From positions 1 through 46,147 of IMG/VR virus record IMGVR_UViG_3300046779_000463: a stretch of 46,147 bases of DNA; one strand, given 5' to 3'. This stretch comes from a virus. Lineage: Duplodnaviria > Caudoviricetes. Shown piece by piece: positions 1 to 10,256 of the stretch (position 1 is its first letter; every line of letters starts with the position of its first letter). The translations under genes were made by a program, and so were the position numbers. The notes under the pieces are model-generated. The model was not told the origin of the DNA. It worked only from the letters and a program-made list of their open reading frames with translations, and searched no databases.

Positions 1-1
1 T

Positions 2-3000
2 TCTGGATTTGCTATTGCGGTTGATACTGTTATTGGTAACGGTATTGCTCGTTACGAAGTTGCTAGTGTTACAGACGTTTCAAATACTATTCCATCAACT
101 GTGTCCGGAACTCCAGTTAAGTCTGGGCCAACAGGCGGAAAGTATTATGTAACATATAGTTTCTCTGCATTACCATATACACCAAGATTAGATGTTTATA
201 CTGTTAGCGGTTCAACAACAGTAGGATTTAATGGTGCAAAGCAAGCAACTGCAAGCACAACAACTAGTGTTACATTAGAGTACACTAGCGATCCTGGAAC
301 ATGGGCAGGCGGATCTGCAACAATTTGGGGACGCGGTAATATTCTAAGATTGAATATTAACACTGGCGGTAACAACGATACAGCGGCCAACGGACTTGCA
401 GTTGATTTGGAACACGACCAAAAGATTATTGTTCGTAGTAACCAAAACTTTAAGTTCTATGAAGTCGACGACACTAACCCAACTCGTCCAAGTACTGCGT
501 TAACTTTCGTAGGTGACCCGGATCCAGATGCTATTGTTTATCGTGTTCTTGCTTATAGCAGTAAAGGACCGTTAAGCGAAGACTTAGCAGAAGACGAAGC
601 CATTCTAGGTTTTGATACAACCTACGACTATATTAAAATTCTAGTTAACGCAGACAACGTTGCTAACGTTGACCCGGACGACGGAGCAAAAACATTAGGT
701 GCTACCGCAGGCGATACTAAGATTGCTATCGACCGTGTTAACGAAGTTGATGTTGAAGAGCGTTTAAACACAGGCGACATGATTTTAGCATGGGATGGTA
801 AGATCCACAAAGTGTTAAGTTACACAGACTTAGGGTTAGTTGCAGGTTACGGTATTGTTGAAATTGAAGACGTTACTGCTAAATGTTTAAGTGGAACTAC
901 ACCAGAAGGTTTAAACACTCCAGTAGATCCAAACTTTAACTTAGATATCGCCGAACCTCCAACATTACGTTGCGGCTTAGCAGAAACTGAACCTGCCGAA
1001 GTTATTGTTCGTATTAGTACATGTCGTGTAACAGGACACGACTTCTTAGATATTGGTACAGGTAGTTACAACGATACAAACTTCCCAAGTAAGATTTATG
1101 GTGCTCCAAAAACACCTAACCAAGCACGTGAAGTTACAGAACGTACAAGAGGACGTTGCTTCTATGTAACAACAGACCAAAACGGTATCTTCCGTGTAGG
1201 ACGATTCTTCACAGTTGACCAAGGTACAGGTCGTGTAACATTCGCGGCGTCCATTGCGTTGTCTAACTTAGACGGCTTAGGCTTTAAGCGCGGTGTTACT
1301 GTTTCTGAATTCTCAAACGATGACAGATTTGTCGACGGTGCTAACGATGCGTTGCCAACTGAAGCGGCTGTCCAAGGTTACTTAGATAGACGTCTGGGCA
1401 TGGACAGAAATAATGCCGCTATTGATTCTAGTCAGTTAATTGGTCCAGGATACTTAGACAGAGCAGGTTTATTAACATTTACAGGCCCTGATCCATTGGA
1501 CATGGGCGGCTTCTTAATTTCCAACTTAGGAAGTCCAGTCGCAGATACTGATGCGGCTAACAAACTATATGTCAGAACACAAGAACTAAGCGATGACAGA
1601 GTAGATACTTCTACTGCTCCATCTAGAAGTTTAAACGACTTACTAGTATTCAATGGTGTTAAGTGGGTTAACGCAGAAACTGCAACCATCGGCGACATTC
1701 AAGTTGCACTAAACATTGGTACTAAAAATCTTGCACTAAACATCAAAGATAACACTATTATCAACAGCGATGTAAACTCTAGTGCAGGCATCGAACAAAG
1801 TAAGTTATCGATGACTGCGGCAAGCACACGTTCTAGTGCATCTGGTATTACACAAGCAGACAGAGGTCTTGCTAGTTTCAAGAGCACAGAATTTACTGCT
1901 ACAAACGGTTGGATCGAACTACAAACTTCATCTAGCACAACAACTGGTGTTCTACAAACTAAACTACAGTACATTGCCAACGACACATTCTTAGGTAACT
2001 TAACAGGTAGTTCTACATACCCACGTCAAGTAACCTCAGGATCAATTGTTACTGCCGGTGATGGTATTAAAAATGCGTCGTTTGCTCCAGGAAGTGTTGG
2101 ATCAAATGGCCGTGCAATGATTTTAACTGCTATTGGTCCAAACACTTATAGCACAACAAACATCACAACATCTGCACAAGCAAGTTCGTTGATTCAGTCA
2201 GATGGTAGCGGCCGTGTAGCAGTTGCACAGTTAGACTTAACATCTAGCAGTTATAAGACATTAAGTGTATCTAGTACAACACTTAACATGACAACACCTG
2301 GCGGTGTAGACTTCATGACTGCTGTTGGTGCAAGTGCAGGTGCAACTACAATTACAACAGTTGGTACGTTAAGCGTAAATGCTCTTACATCAGCAAGCAC
2401 AACTACATTTAGTCCTGCTAACGCTACAGTAACTTTAAGCCCAACTGGAACTGGAACAGTTACTATTGCTCCTGCTACTGTTGGTTCTATTAACAACATG
2501 AACATCGGTGCAACTACTAGAGGTAGTGGCGCATTTACAAGTTTAGCGGCAAATAGTACTGTTACATTGACTGCTAACCAAGCAGTAACAGGTGCGGCAA
2601 ACGGTACTGGTACACTACAAGTTACAGGTGGCGCAGGCATTAGCGGCGACTTACGTGTAGGCGGTACAATCTACGGTGCAATTACTGGTAGTGTAAGCGG
2701 TGCATTAAGTGTAGGAACTTACCTAAGTTTCAACAGTGGCACAACATATGACGGTAGTGCTTCGAGAACAATTAATACCAATGCTACAAGTGCCAACACT
2801 GCAAGTACTCTTGTTGCTCGTGATGGTAACGGCGATAGTAGTCACCGTTACTTAAATGCTAGTTATGTAAACACTAGTGACGATGTAAATACTGGTACAC
2901 TAACATACCTAATGGGTAAGTTTGGCGACAACTACTTCCGTAGTGCTACAAGTGCTAAAGTTGCGGCATTCTTAAGTGGCAATACAATCAACAGTTTAAC

Positions 3001-3613
3001 TATTGGCACACAATTAACGATGAATGCTAATACAAGTATTCGTCAAAATAACGGCAATAGTTGGACAGGCGATGCTCCAGCGGGTGTCGGTAAACTTGAG
3101 TATCATAGCAACCGTTGGTATATTAACGCTGGATCCGATTCAACTGAACTTGTAAGATTCCGTAGAGGCGGTTCAGATGTATCGTATATTGACAACAGCG
3201 GTACATACAACGGCCGTGCTACAAGTGCTAACTACGCTGACTTGGCTGAAAAGTACATGGCCGATGCTGTGTACGAAACAGGTACTGTAGTTGTGTTTGG
3301 CGGTGACGAGGAAATTACTGTTACAGACAAGCACAACGACACAAGAGTTGCAGGTATTATATCTGAAAAACCAGCTCACCTAATGAACAGCGGCTTAGAA
3401 GGCGAATGTGCTCTTGCAGTTGGTTTAACAGGACGCTTACCATGTAAAGTCGTTGGCAAGGTTAAGAAAGGCGATATCCTTGTAACTGCCGCTAAGAAGG
3501 GCTTTGCGATTGTTAATAACGATCCAAAACCAGGAACAATTATTGGTAAGAGTTTGGGCAACAAAGACGACTTAGGCGAAGGCTTAGTTGAAGTTGTTGT
3601 TGGTAGATTCTAA
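2..3613 (+). CDS. Large tail fibre/virion structural protein, 5'-truncated by the window edge, with a C-terminal intramolecular-chaperone-like domain
   Basis: The frame is open from base 2, so the track's GTG at 101 is not the true start. Long Thr/Ser/Gly-rich beta-repeat body; C-terminus 'ANYADLAEKY..GTVVVFGG..VAGIIS..GKVKKGDILV..GTIIGKSL..VEVVVGR' is typical of phage fibre chaperone tails. Confidence 0.8.
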   Translation, partial: SGFAIAVDTVIGNGIARYEVASVTDVSNTIPSTVSGTPVKSGPTGGKYYVTYSFSALPYTPRLDVYTVSGSTTVGFNGAKQATASTTTSVTLEYTSDPGTWAGGSATIWGRGNILRLNINTGGNNDTAANGLAVDLEHDQKIIVRSNQNFKFYEVDDTNPTRPSTALTFVGDPDPDAIVYRVLAYSSKGPLSEDLAEDEAILGFDTTYDYIKILVNADNVANVDPDDGAKTLGATAGDTKIAIDRVNEVDVEERLNTGDMILAWDGKIHKVLSYTDLGLVAGYGIVEIEDVTAKCLSGTTPEGLNTPVDPNFNLDIAEPPTLRCGLAETEPAEVIVRISTCRVTGHDFLDIGTGSYNDTNFPSKIYGAPKTPNQAREVTERTRGRCFYVTTDQNGIFRVGRFFTVDQGTGRVTFAASIALSNLDGLGFKRGVTVSEFSNDDRFVDGANDALPTEAAVQGYLDRRLGMDRNNAAIDSSQLIGPGYLDRAGLLTFTGPDPLDMGGFLISNLGSPVADTDAANKLYVRTQELSDDRVDTSTAPSRSLNDLLVFNGVKWVNAETATIGDIQVALNIGTKNLALNIKDNTIINSDVNSSAGIEQSKLSMTAASTRSSASGITQADRGLASFKSTEFTATNGWIELQTSSSTTTGVLQTKLQYIANDTFLGNLTGSSTYPRQVTSGSIVTAGDGIKNASFAPGSVGSNGRAMILTAIGPNTYSTTNITTSAQASSLIQSDGSGRVAVAQLDLTSSSYKTLSVSSTTLNMTTPGGVDFMTAVGASAGATTITTVGTLSVNALTSASTTTFSPANATVTLSPTGTGTVTIAPATVGSINNMNIGATTRGSGAFTSLAANSTVTLTANQAVTGAANGTGTLQVTGGAGISGDLRVGGTIYGAITGSVSGALSVGTYLSFNSGTTYDGSASRTINTNATSANTASTLVARDGNGDSSHRYLNASYVNTSDDVNTGTLTYLMGKFGDNYFRSATSAKVAAFLSGNTINSLTIGTQLTMNANTSIRQNNGNSWTGDAPAGVGKLEYHSNRWYINAGSDSTELVRFRRGGSDVSYIDNSGTYNGRATSANYADLAEKYMADAVYETGTVVVFGGDEEITVTDKHNDTRVAGIISEKPAHLMNSGLEGECALAVGLTGRLPCKVVGKVKKGDILVTAAKKGFAIVNNDPKPGTIIGKSLGNKDDLGEGLVEVVVGRF

Positions 3614-3623
3614 GGAAAACACT

Positions 3624-4217
3624 ATGGCAATATATGACGATTTAGAAGAAATTAACTTAGGTAACGTTGTCAACGACGGTACAGGTGATGACCTAAGAAC
3701 TGCGTTTGAAAAAGTTAAGACAAACTTAGCATTTCTGTATAACAACGGATATGCTCCAGTTAGTGCAGAAAACATCGGTTCTAGCGGTGTTGGTGTTTTT
3801 AAACAGAAGAACGCAAACAGTAACTTAGAACTAAGAAAATTAGACGGTGTCGATGCTGTAAAACTAACAGTAGTAGGCGACACAATACAAGTAACGTTTG
3901 ACCCTACTGCTTCTGTAGACTTCAATGGACAAAATATCACTAACGTAGGGACCGTTACAGCCACTACAGTTAATGCTAATATAACTGGCACTTTAACTGG
4001 TAACGTTGTAGGGTTAATTAGAAACGGCGGAACGGAGTTGCAGAACCCGTTCGTGGACGTTACAGTTTTAAATAGACAGGTAAATACATTTGACTATGGT
4101 GGCATTGAACCTACATATACCAATCCTATAGCGTATTTGCTAAATGAGATTGGTACAGACATGGGCACAATTACAGAACCTAGCCCAATTAGTATAGATG
4201 CTGGCACTATAGCATAA
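3624..4217 (+). CDS. Baseplate/tail-fibre-associated structural protein with T4 gp9/gp10-like N-terminal motif
   Basis: Motif 'INLGNVVNDGTGDDLRTAFEKVKTN'. ATG at 3624 follows TAAGGA. Confidence 0.7.
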   Translation: MAIYDDLEEINLGNVVNDGTGDDLRTAFEKVKTNLAFLYNNGYAPVSAENIGSSGVGVFKQKNANSNLELRKLDGVDAVKLTVVGDTIQVTFDPTASVDFNGQNITNVGTVTATTVNANITGTLTGNVVGLIRNGGTELQNPFVDVTVLNRQVNTFDYGGIEPTYTNPIAYLLNEIGTDMGTITEPSPISIDAGTIA

Positions 4218-4229
4218 GGAGAGAATAGA

Positions 4230-5483
4230 ATGGCATTACAAATCCGTAGAGGAACAACCGCTGAAAGAACCGCAAGAAGATTCCTTGAAGGCGAATTAAT
4301 TTACGATACAGAACTCAGCGAAGTGTTTGTTGGTGATAGTACCAACGGCATAGATGGAACACTTGGCGGTCGAAGCGTAACTGCGTTTACTTCAGAAGAA
4401 GCACAAGATGCTATTCGAGACCTGTTTGCGGCCGGTACACATACAAATATCAGTTTTGGATATAACGACGTAGGTAACAGCATTAGTGCAACAGTTAACT
4501 TGTCAAGTTATACTGGCAATATCACAGCATCTGGAACTATTACAGCAAGTGGGTTTAACGGCTGGTTAGAAGGTAACGTATTTGCAAACGATTCAACTCT
4601 CCTCGTTGATGCAGGTAACGGCAGAATTCCAGCAGAAGTTGTTCAAGGAACATTCACAGGTTCTGTAGTAGGTAACGCTAGTAGTGCAACTGTTGCGTCT
4701 ACAGTAACGTTAACAGCAACAGATAGTACAAGTGCAACACATTATCTAACATTTGTTGACACAGCAACTGGTAACGAAACTGTTAGAACAGACACAAGTT
4801 TAACATACAATCCTAGCACAAACACATTAACAGCAGGAACATTTAGCGGTGCATTTAGCGGCACGCTAACTGGTAACGTTATTACTAGCACTATTGATTC
4901 ATCCGACTCTAGTGCAATTACTGTCGTACCTGCGGCAGTGTTTAACTCAGATGTTACTGTCGAAAATACACTAAACACTCCGCATTTAAATGCTACAGCA
5001 TTGGCAAACGTAACTGTTACAGACTTAACAGCATTTAGTTTCCAACCAGATGTACTTAACGTAAATGTAGTTTGCGATAACACACTAACTTCTGGTCCCG
5101 GTATTAACTTCACAGTTAGCTCTGCTACCGATGGTTTCTTTAATCCTGGTAGAATTGTTGCATACAGAGATACTAGCGATGTGGGTTTGGTTGAAATTCA
5201 AGCGAGAAATATTAACAACGGCGCTATGACTAGTGTTGTTCAATTCAGTGCCTATAACGGTGCTCAATTTAATAGTGCGATTGTTGCATTAGGTGGATTT
5301 AACTTACAAAATACACTAGGCAGAACTGCTCCTGCAACAGCCGCTGGCGTAGAAGGCGACTTTGAAGGTGACATGTTCTTTGCCCAAGACGGCGGCACTT
5401 GGTACTTGTACTACTGTACTGCGGACTGGGTAGACGGTTTATCAGATATTTGGGTTCGTTGGGCCGCTGGCGCAACCTGGTAA
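4230..5483 (+). CDS. Tail fibre-like protein with Mtd_N-type (major tropism determinant N-terminal) domain
   Basis: N-terminus 'MALQIRRGTTAER..EGELIYDTE..VFVGD..TLGG'; Thr-rich body; AGGAG RBS. Confidence 0.7.
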   Translation: MALQIRRGTTAERTARRFLEGELIYDTELSEVFVGDSTNGIDGTLGGRSVTAFTSEEAQDAIRDLFAAGTHTNISFGYNDVGNSISATVNLSSYTGNITASGTITASGFNGWLEGNVFANDSTLLVDAGNGRIPAEVVQGTFTGSVVGNASSATVASTVTLTATDSTSATHYLTFVDTATGNETVRTDTSLTYNPSTNTLTAGTFSGAFSGTLTGNVITSTIDSSDSSAITVVPAAVFNSDVTVENTLNTPHLNATALANVTVTDLTAFSFQPDVLNVNVVCDNTLTSGPGINFTVSSATDGFFNPGRIVAYRDTSDVGLVEIQARNINNGAMTSVVQFSAYNGAQFNSAIVALGGFNLQNTLGRTAPATAAGVEGDFEGDMFFAQDGGTWYLYYCTADWVDGLSDIWVRWAAGATW

Positions 5484-5501
5484 TTTTTAATACCCGGTAC
5501 C

Positions 5502-5509
5502 GATAAATA
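5502..5509 (+). promoter_or_regulatory. Putative T4-like late promoter GATAAATA in the loop of an RBS-occluding hairpin (5484-5528)
   Basis: The motif recurs before several structural/late genes and resembles T4 TATAAATA. Flanked by a 17-bp imperfect inverted repeat. Confidence 0.6.
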
Positions 5510-5528
5510 GTGTATCGGGAATTAAAAA

Positions 5529-8500
5529 ATGCTGAATATTTGGAATCAACCTTCGGGCTATAGTTTTAACACATATAGCGAACGACAAACCCAAACAATA
5601 CCTTTACCCATAATTTCGGGAGCAGACTTAACCGGCGTGACCTTTAGTGTCATTGCTGGGAGTCTGCCCGCTGGTTTACGTGTAGTTTATGACACAAACT
5701 TAACTACATGGGTCATCAAAGGATCTCCATTAGAAGTAGCAACAAATACTACTTCAACATTTGTTATTAGAGCATCCAACGGTTCTGAAATATCTGACAG
5801 AACATTTAGTATGACTATCGACGGCCCAGACGCACCTGTATGGGTCACTGCTGGACAAGATCCAGACATTCAAATATACGACTACGATCCAGGAGAAACA
5901 TATTCTCCTGGAATGATTATAAGACGAACTGTAAGTTCAGTTAGTACCTTGTATCAAGTAACTGAAACTGTTACAGGTGTAACTCCCCCAAACAGCGACT
6001 ACTATCAAGTTTTCACAGAACCCGATAATGCATTACCTGTTGGTCCTGTAACTACTCGTGTTTCTTCCATAGTAAGTGCTAGTAGAACTAGCAATTTAGT
6101 AACTTTGACCACTGCCGCTACACATGATTTTGTGTTTGGAAACAAAGTAACTGTATCAACCGACTCTGTAGATATTAACATAGTAAACGCAGAAGTCTTA
6201 CAGCCGTTACCAAATCCTGGCGAAACGTACGACGACTACTTAATTAGAGTTGCTAATACAGTAACATACAATAAATTAGGAGCAAACTTCGGTTCTAGAT
6301 CTCAAAGTGGTACAATTACCTTAGTAAGAGATCCTTTAACATTTGTATTAGATAACAGTCCTGTAGATTTTCAATTACAAGCAACAGACACAGATCTATC
6401 TTCCAACGATTCATTAGAGTACTTTATTGGAGACGGTGACGGAGAATTACCGCCTGGCTTAACACTAAGCACAACAGGAAGAATTACAGGGTTTATTGAT
6501 CCAATTCTAGCATTAGACATTACAGCAAGAACAGGCTTCTTTGACAGCAACTTGTTCGATGCTTATCCATATGATTTTGGTAAGAGACCTAACATCGGCG
6601 AAGAAGATTATCTAAATTACATTACACCTCGCAAACTAAATCGCAACTATGAATTCATTGTTAGCGTCAGCGATGGTGAAAGTATTTCAAGAAGAAGATT
6701 TAGAATTTATGTTGTAGGTGATGACTTCTTAAGAACCGACAACACCGTTATGCGTGTTGGCGATGGCGCTTATACTGCTGACAGTACTTACTTAAGAGCA
6801 CCTATTTGGTTAAGTGCATCTAATCTTGGTTTAAGAAGAGCAAACAACTATGTAACAATTATGTTAGATGTGTTTGATCCTAATCCAGATATTGGACCTG
6901 TAAGATACGAACTTGCAAGTTTAAATGACGACTTAACAGAAAGCAAACTACCCGACGGACTGTACTTAGATCCCGAAACTGCTGAAATATTTGGATTTGC
7001 TCCGTATCAGCCTGCTATTACTAAAGAATTTAAGTTTACTGTTAATGCTATAAAGTATGATAAAGAAAACTTAACAGAAGTTGAAGTTGCTATTGTTGTC
7101 GCGGATGACGCACCTATTGGTCAAAACTTTTTAAGAATACTTCCTTTACCGGCAGAAGACGTAAGTTTACTAATCGGAGATGTTATTAGAATCGGTCCTA
7201 GTGTTTATACTATGACTGAATACGTAAGCAACGATGTTATTGGCGGAACAGCATCTATTTTACGATTAGCAGAAAATTTATTAACTAACGTTACTGATGG
7301 GTTAATCATTAGTAAATTATACAACCAGTCTGTGGACGAATTTTCTTTCCAACTTTCTCCAAAGACATTTAGTATTGCAATCTTAGGAGAAGTAGACAGC
7401 GTAATTCAGTTTACTACAGACAGCGACCTAGGATCTATCAAACCAAGTTTCCCAAGCAGATTTGCTGTCGAAGCCACAACTACTGTTCCTAACGCTGTTT
7501 TAAAATATTCACTAGTAAGCGGAACACTACCTAAAGGATTAACTTTAAAATCTTCTGGAATTATTGAAGGTAAGATTAATCAATTCCGTGCAAATAGCGT
7601 GTCTGGCTTTACATTGTTTGATGGTGGAGCAACTACATTCGATGGCGATGCTATGACTGTTGACCGTAGTTATAGATTTATTGTTAATGCACAGGACCAG
7701 TTTAGATATAGTTCAGTAAACAAAGAATTTATTATTACAGTTAGCGAAGGAACGCTAACATTGTATAGTAACATCTATACTAAACCGTTGCCTAAACAAG
7801 AAAAGAGAGAATTGTTTTATAACTTTATTAACGACACAACAATCTTTACTCCAGAGAAAATTTATCGCTTAGGCGATCCAAACTACGGATTACAAACAGA
7901 ATTAAAAATGTTAGTGTATGCAGGAATAGAAAGTAAAGAAATGCCAGAGTATATGGCGGCACTTTCTAAGAACATTCGTCGTAAGCGTTATAGAATTGGA
8001 GAATTGAAAAAAGCCGTTGCTAAGATCAACGGAAACAACGATATTGTATATGAAGTAATTTACTTAGAAATACTAGACGATTACGAAATTGGTAACAAAA
8101 CTGCCGCTAATCGAATTAAACTAAACAATGCAGTTAATAGCCCATTAAAGATTAATCAGGCTCGACGAAATCCAGTCGATGGTAAACTAGGATCGTTTGA
8201 TTCTGGTAGTAAAGTTGTTACCTACGAAAACGGCTACGTAAACGGAAGATTAAATGCTCCTGCTTTTGACAGATTCAGTCCTATCAATAGTCCAATTACT
8301 ATCGATAGTGCTAACGTTAATGTCAGCGGCGAAGACATGGAATATGTTTACCCAAGTAGCATTAAAAACGTTAGAGCTAATATTGCCGAAGTTGGGCTAA
8401 CTGAAAACGAGTTTTTACCGCTATGGATGACTACTCCGCAAACTAATAGGGTTGCGGCTACAGGGTATATTAAAGCCGTTCCGTTATGTTACTGTAAGCC

Positions 8501-8654
8501 TGGTGAAGGGCAATACATTTACGACAACATCGTAAACAATGGATTTGACTTTAGTCAACTAGACTTTGAAATTGATAGATTTATTATCGATTCCGACATT
8601 AACGACGTGCAAGAAAAGTACTTAAAATTCCATAATGCACGTTATAACATATGA
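5529..8654 (+). CDS. Large virion structural protein with repeated Ig-like (He_PIG-type) domains, probable baseplate component
   Basis: Repeated 'G.LP.GL.L...G.I.G' motifs (GSLPAGL, GELPPGLTL, SKLPDGLYL, GTLPKGLTL); lies within the structural block. Confidence 0.7.
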   Translation: MLNIWNQPSGYSFNTYSERQTQTIPLPIISGADLTGVTFSVIAGSLPAGLRVVYDTNLTTWVIKGSPLEVATNTTSTFVIRASNGSEISDRTFSMTIDGPDAPVWVTAGQDPDIQIYDYDPGETYSPGMIIRRTVSSVSTLYQVTETVTGVTPPNSDYYQVFTEPDNALPVGPVTTRVSSIVSASRTSNLVTLTTAATHDFVFGNKVTVSTDSVDINIVNAEVLQPLPNPGETYDDYLIRVANTVTYNKLGANFGSRSQSGTITLVRDPLTFVLDNSPVDFQLQATDTDLSSNDSLEYFIGDGDGELPPGLTLSTTGRITGFIDPILALDITARTGFFDSNLFDAYPYDFGKRPNIGEEDYLNYITPRKLNRNYEFIVSVSDGESISRRRFRIYVVGDDFLRTDNTVMRVGDGAYTADSTYLRAPIWLSASNLGLRRANNYVTIMLDVFDPNPDIGPVRYELASLNDDLTESKLPDGLYLDPETAEIFGFAPYQPAITKEFKFTVNAIKYDKENLTEVEVAIVVADDAPIGQNFLRILPLPAEDVSLLIGDVIRIGPSVYTMTEYVSNDVIGGTASILRLAENLLTNVTDGLIISKLYNQSVDEFSFQLSPKTFSIAILGEVDSVIQFTTDSDLGSIKPSFPSRFAVEATTTVPNAVLKYSLVSGTLPKGLTLKSSGIIEGKINQFRANSVSGFTLFDGGATTFDGDAMTVDRSYRFIVNAQDQFRYSSVNKEFIITVSEGTLTLYSNIYTKPLPKQEKRELFYNFINDTTIFTPEKIYRLGDPNYGLQTELKMLVYAGIESKEMPEYMAALSKNIRRKRYRIGELKKAVAKINGNNDIVYEVIYLEILDDYEIGNKTAANRIKLNNAVNSPLKINQARRNPVDGKLGSFDSGSKVVTYENGYVNGRLNAPAFDRFSPINSPITIDSANVNVSGEDMEYVYPSSIKNVRANIAEVGLTENEFLPLWMTTPQTNRVAATGYIKAVPLCYCKPGEGQYIYDNIVNNGFDFSQLDFEIDRFIIDSDINDVQEKYLKFHNARYNI

Positions 8655-8660
8655 TAAATA
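8653..8660 (+). promoter_or_regulatory. Putative late promoter GATAAATA
   Basis: Exact motif 23 nt upstream of the ATG at 8684. Confidence 0.55.
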
Positions 8661-8683
8661 TCGTATAAAGGATACTTAATAAC

Positions 8684-9256
8684 ATGGCATACCGTGAAAC
8701 ACAAATTGATGAAAACTTTCCAGTAGCGGGAGTTGATAACGAAAGCCAAGGCTTTCGTGATAATTTTTCTGCGATTAAAGATACGCTAGTTCAAGCAAAA
8801 GCAGATGTTCTTGCACTACAAGAATCGAGACTAGATATTTCTAGCCCTAGCACAGATTTAAGCGGAAATACCATCGAGAATGTAAACTTAAAGTCCGAAA
8901 CATACGAATTCAACGACGGCTCTGGTATTAGCTCTAGTCAAAACGTAAGTTATGCTTCTGGCTCGTTTCACTTATTAGCATTGTCTGGAGGTACAGAACT
9001 TGCACCGGTTGAATTAGTGCTATCCGACATCCCAACTTCGGGCGTTGCTAGATTTCAAATTGCTGTACACAGCGATGGAACGGAAAATTTCTTTAGTTTC
9101 AATACAGAAAATACAGGTAGATTTTTTGTGGACGGCTCTTGGCCAACACTTAGTGTCACTGCCGCAGCCGACGATTTTAAACTTTTTGAACTTTGGACTT
9201 ACGACGGCGGTAATAACGTTTTTGCAAGATACCTTGGTACATTTAGTGCTCTATGA
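8684..9256 (+). CDS. Virion structural protein (putative)
   Basis: N-terminal 'IDENFPVAGVDNESQGFRDNF..IK' followed by a coiled segment; AAGGA RBS; late motif upstream. Confidence 0.55.
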   Translation: MAYRETQIDENFPVAGVDNESQGFRDNFSAIKDTLVQAKADVLALQESRLDISSPSTDLSGNTIENVNLKSETYEFNDGSGISSSQNVSYASGSFHLLALSGGTELAPVELVLSDIPTSGVARFQIAVHSDGTENFFSFNTENTGRFFVDGSWPTLSVTAAADDFKLFELWTYDGGNNVFARYLGTFSAL

Positions 9257-9489
9257 TACACCCTTTAGCAGAAGATTTTAGCCAACTTAAAGATGCTGAG
9301 ATTGAAAACAAAATTCAATCTCTTAGCAAAAAGTACTTTATGTCCGGCGGAAACTTAGCAGTTCAAAACCAGATTGTAATGTTATTAGACATGTACAAAG
9401 AAGAATTGTCCAATAGAAGACGCAAACTCTGGGAAGAACAATACCAAAAACGCGATACAGACCTTGACAGCCTCATTAATGTTAGTTAA
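9253..9489 (+). CDS. Hypothetical protein (helical, 78 aa)
   Basis: ATGA overlap with the upstream gene. Confidence 0.6.
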   Translation: MIHPLAEDFSQLKDAEIENKIQSLSKKYFMSGGNLAVQNQIVMLLDMYKEELSNRRRKLWEEQYQKRDTDLDSLINVS

Positions 9490-9492
9490 AAT
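9464..9492 (+). promoter_or_regulatory. Sigma70-type promoter TTGACA-N17-TAAAAT, probably giving a leaderless mRNA
   Basis: -35 at 9464-9469, -10 at 9487-9492; ATG at 9499 is 6 nt after the -10 box, with no SD. Confidence 0.65.
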
Positions 9493-9498
9493 AACTAC

Positions 9499-10002
9499 AT
9501 GAGAGTAGACAGTTTAGGCATTCCGGTTTTTTCAGCAGACGACATTTTTAACTTGATTTATCAAGGCAATGTTAATGCTTTGGAAAAAATCCTTGCGGAA
9601 CCTAGCGCAGAAATAAATGAATTTAATTTAAATTCGGACAATATCTCAATTAAACAATACAGCCCACTAGACCTTAGTCAAGAAACGTTTGATGCGGCTA
9701 TGCAACGAAACTGGTTCATGCCCGACGAATATAAGGACATGGACATAGAAAGTTTTTTAGTTAGTGTTTGTCCAAAGCAAAACTATCAAAGATTAATAGA
9801 AGAATTACAAGAATTTCGAGCCAGAAATATGCTAGATTTGTTACGATGGTTAAAGTATTTTGTAGATACATGCCGTGCTAACAATGTTGTATGGGGTGTA
9901 GGACGGGGTTCAAGTGTAGCCAGTTATGTGTTATTCTTACTAGGAGTACACAGAATTGACAGTATCAAATATAATTTAGACTGGCAAGAATTCTTGAGAT
10001 AA
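9499..10002 (+). CDS. Stand-alone fragment of DNA polymerase III alpha (DnaE-like)
   Basis: 'WGVGRGSSVASYVLFLLGVHRIDSIKYNL..EFLR' matches the DnaE 'GRGSAAGS..Y.LGIT..DP..L.FERFL' motif. Only 167 aa; ends before the catalytic PDxDxD. Confidence 0.75.
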   Translation: MRVDSLGIPVFSADDIFNLIYQGNVNALEKILAEPSAEINEFNLNSDNISIKQYSPLDLSQETFDAAMQRNWFMPDEYKDMDIESFLVSVCPKQNYQRLIEELQEFRARNMLDLLRWLKYFVDTCRANNVVWGVGRGSSVASYVLFLLGVHRIDSIKYNLDWQEFLR

Positions 10003-10028
10003 GTACATATATTAAGGAGACATGAATC

Positions 10029-10253
10029 ATGCCTATGAAACCAGCACCAAAAAAGGTTTATCGTACAGCAAACGGTAAATCTGTAGATATGGATTTACTA
10101 CGTCAGCGTAACGAATTAACACCGGCTGTAGGAAATTCCAGAGTTAATGCTCGCGGAGACGAATTAGGCCCAGGTGGCAAAATCGTTCGCAAGCGTGAAG
10201 ACATTTTAAAAGACTTTTACGAACAATCAGAATTACCACAAGAAAAGGAATAA
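10029..10253 (+). CDS. Hypothetical protein (74 aa)
   Basis: AAGGAG RBS; late-like GATAAGTA at 9998-10005. Confidence 0.65.
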   Translation: MPMKPAPKKVYRTANGKSVDMDLLRQRNELTPAVGNSRVNARGDELGPGGKIVRKREDILKDFYEQSELPQEKE

Positions 10254-10256
10254 TAA

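Noticed and set aside
4230-5483. Diversity-generating retroelement suggested by the Mtd_N-like domain
   Set aside because: No reverse transcriptase and no template/variable repeat pair seen in the window; Mtd_N alone is a common fibre module.
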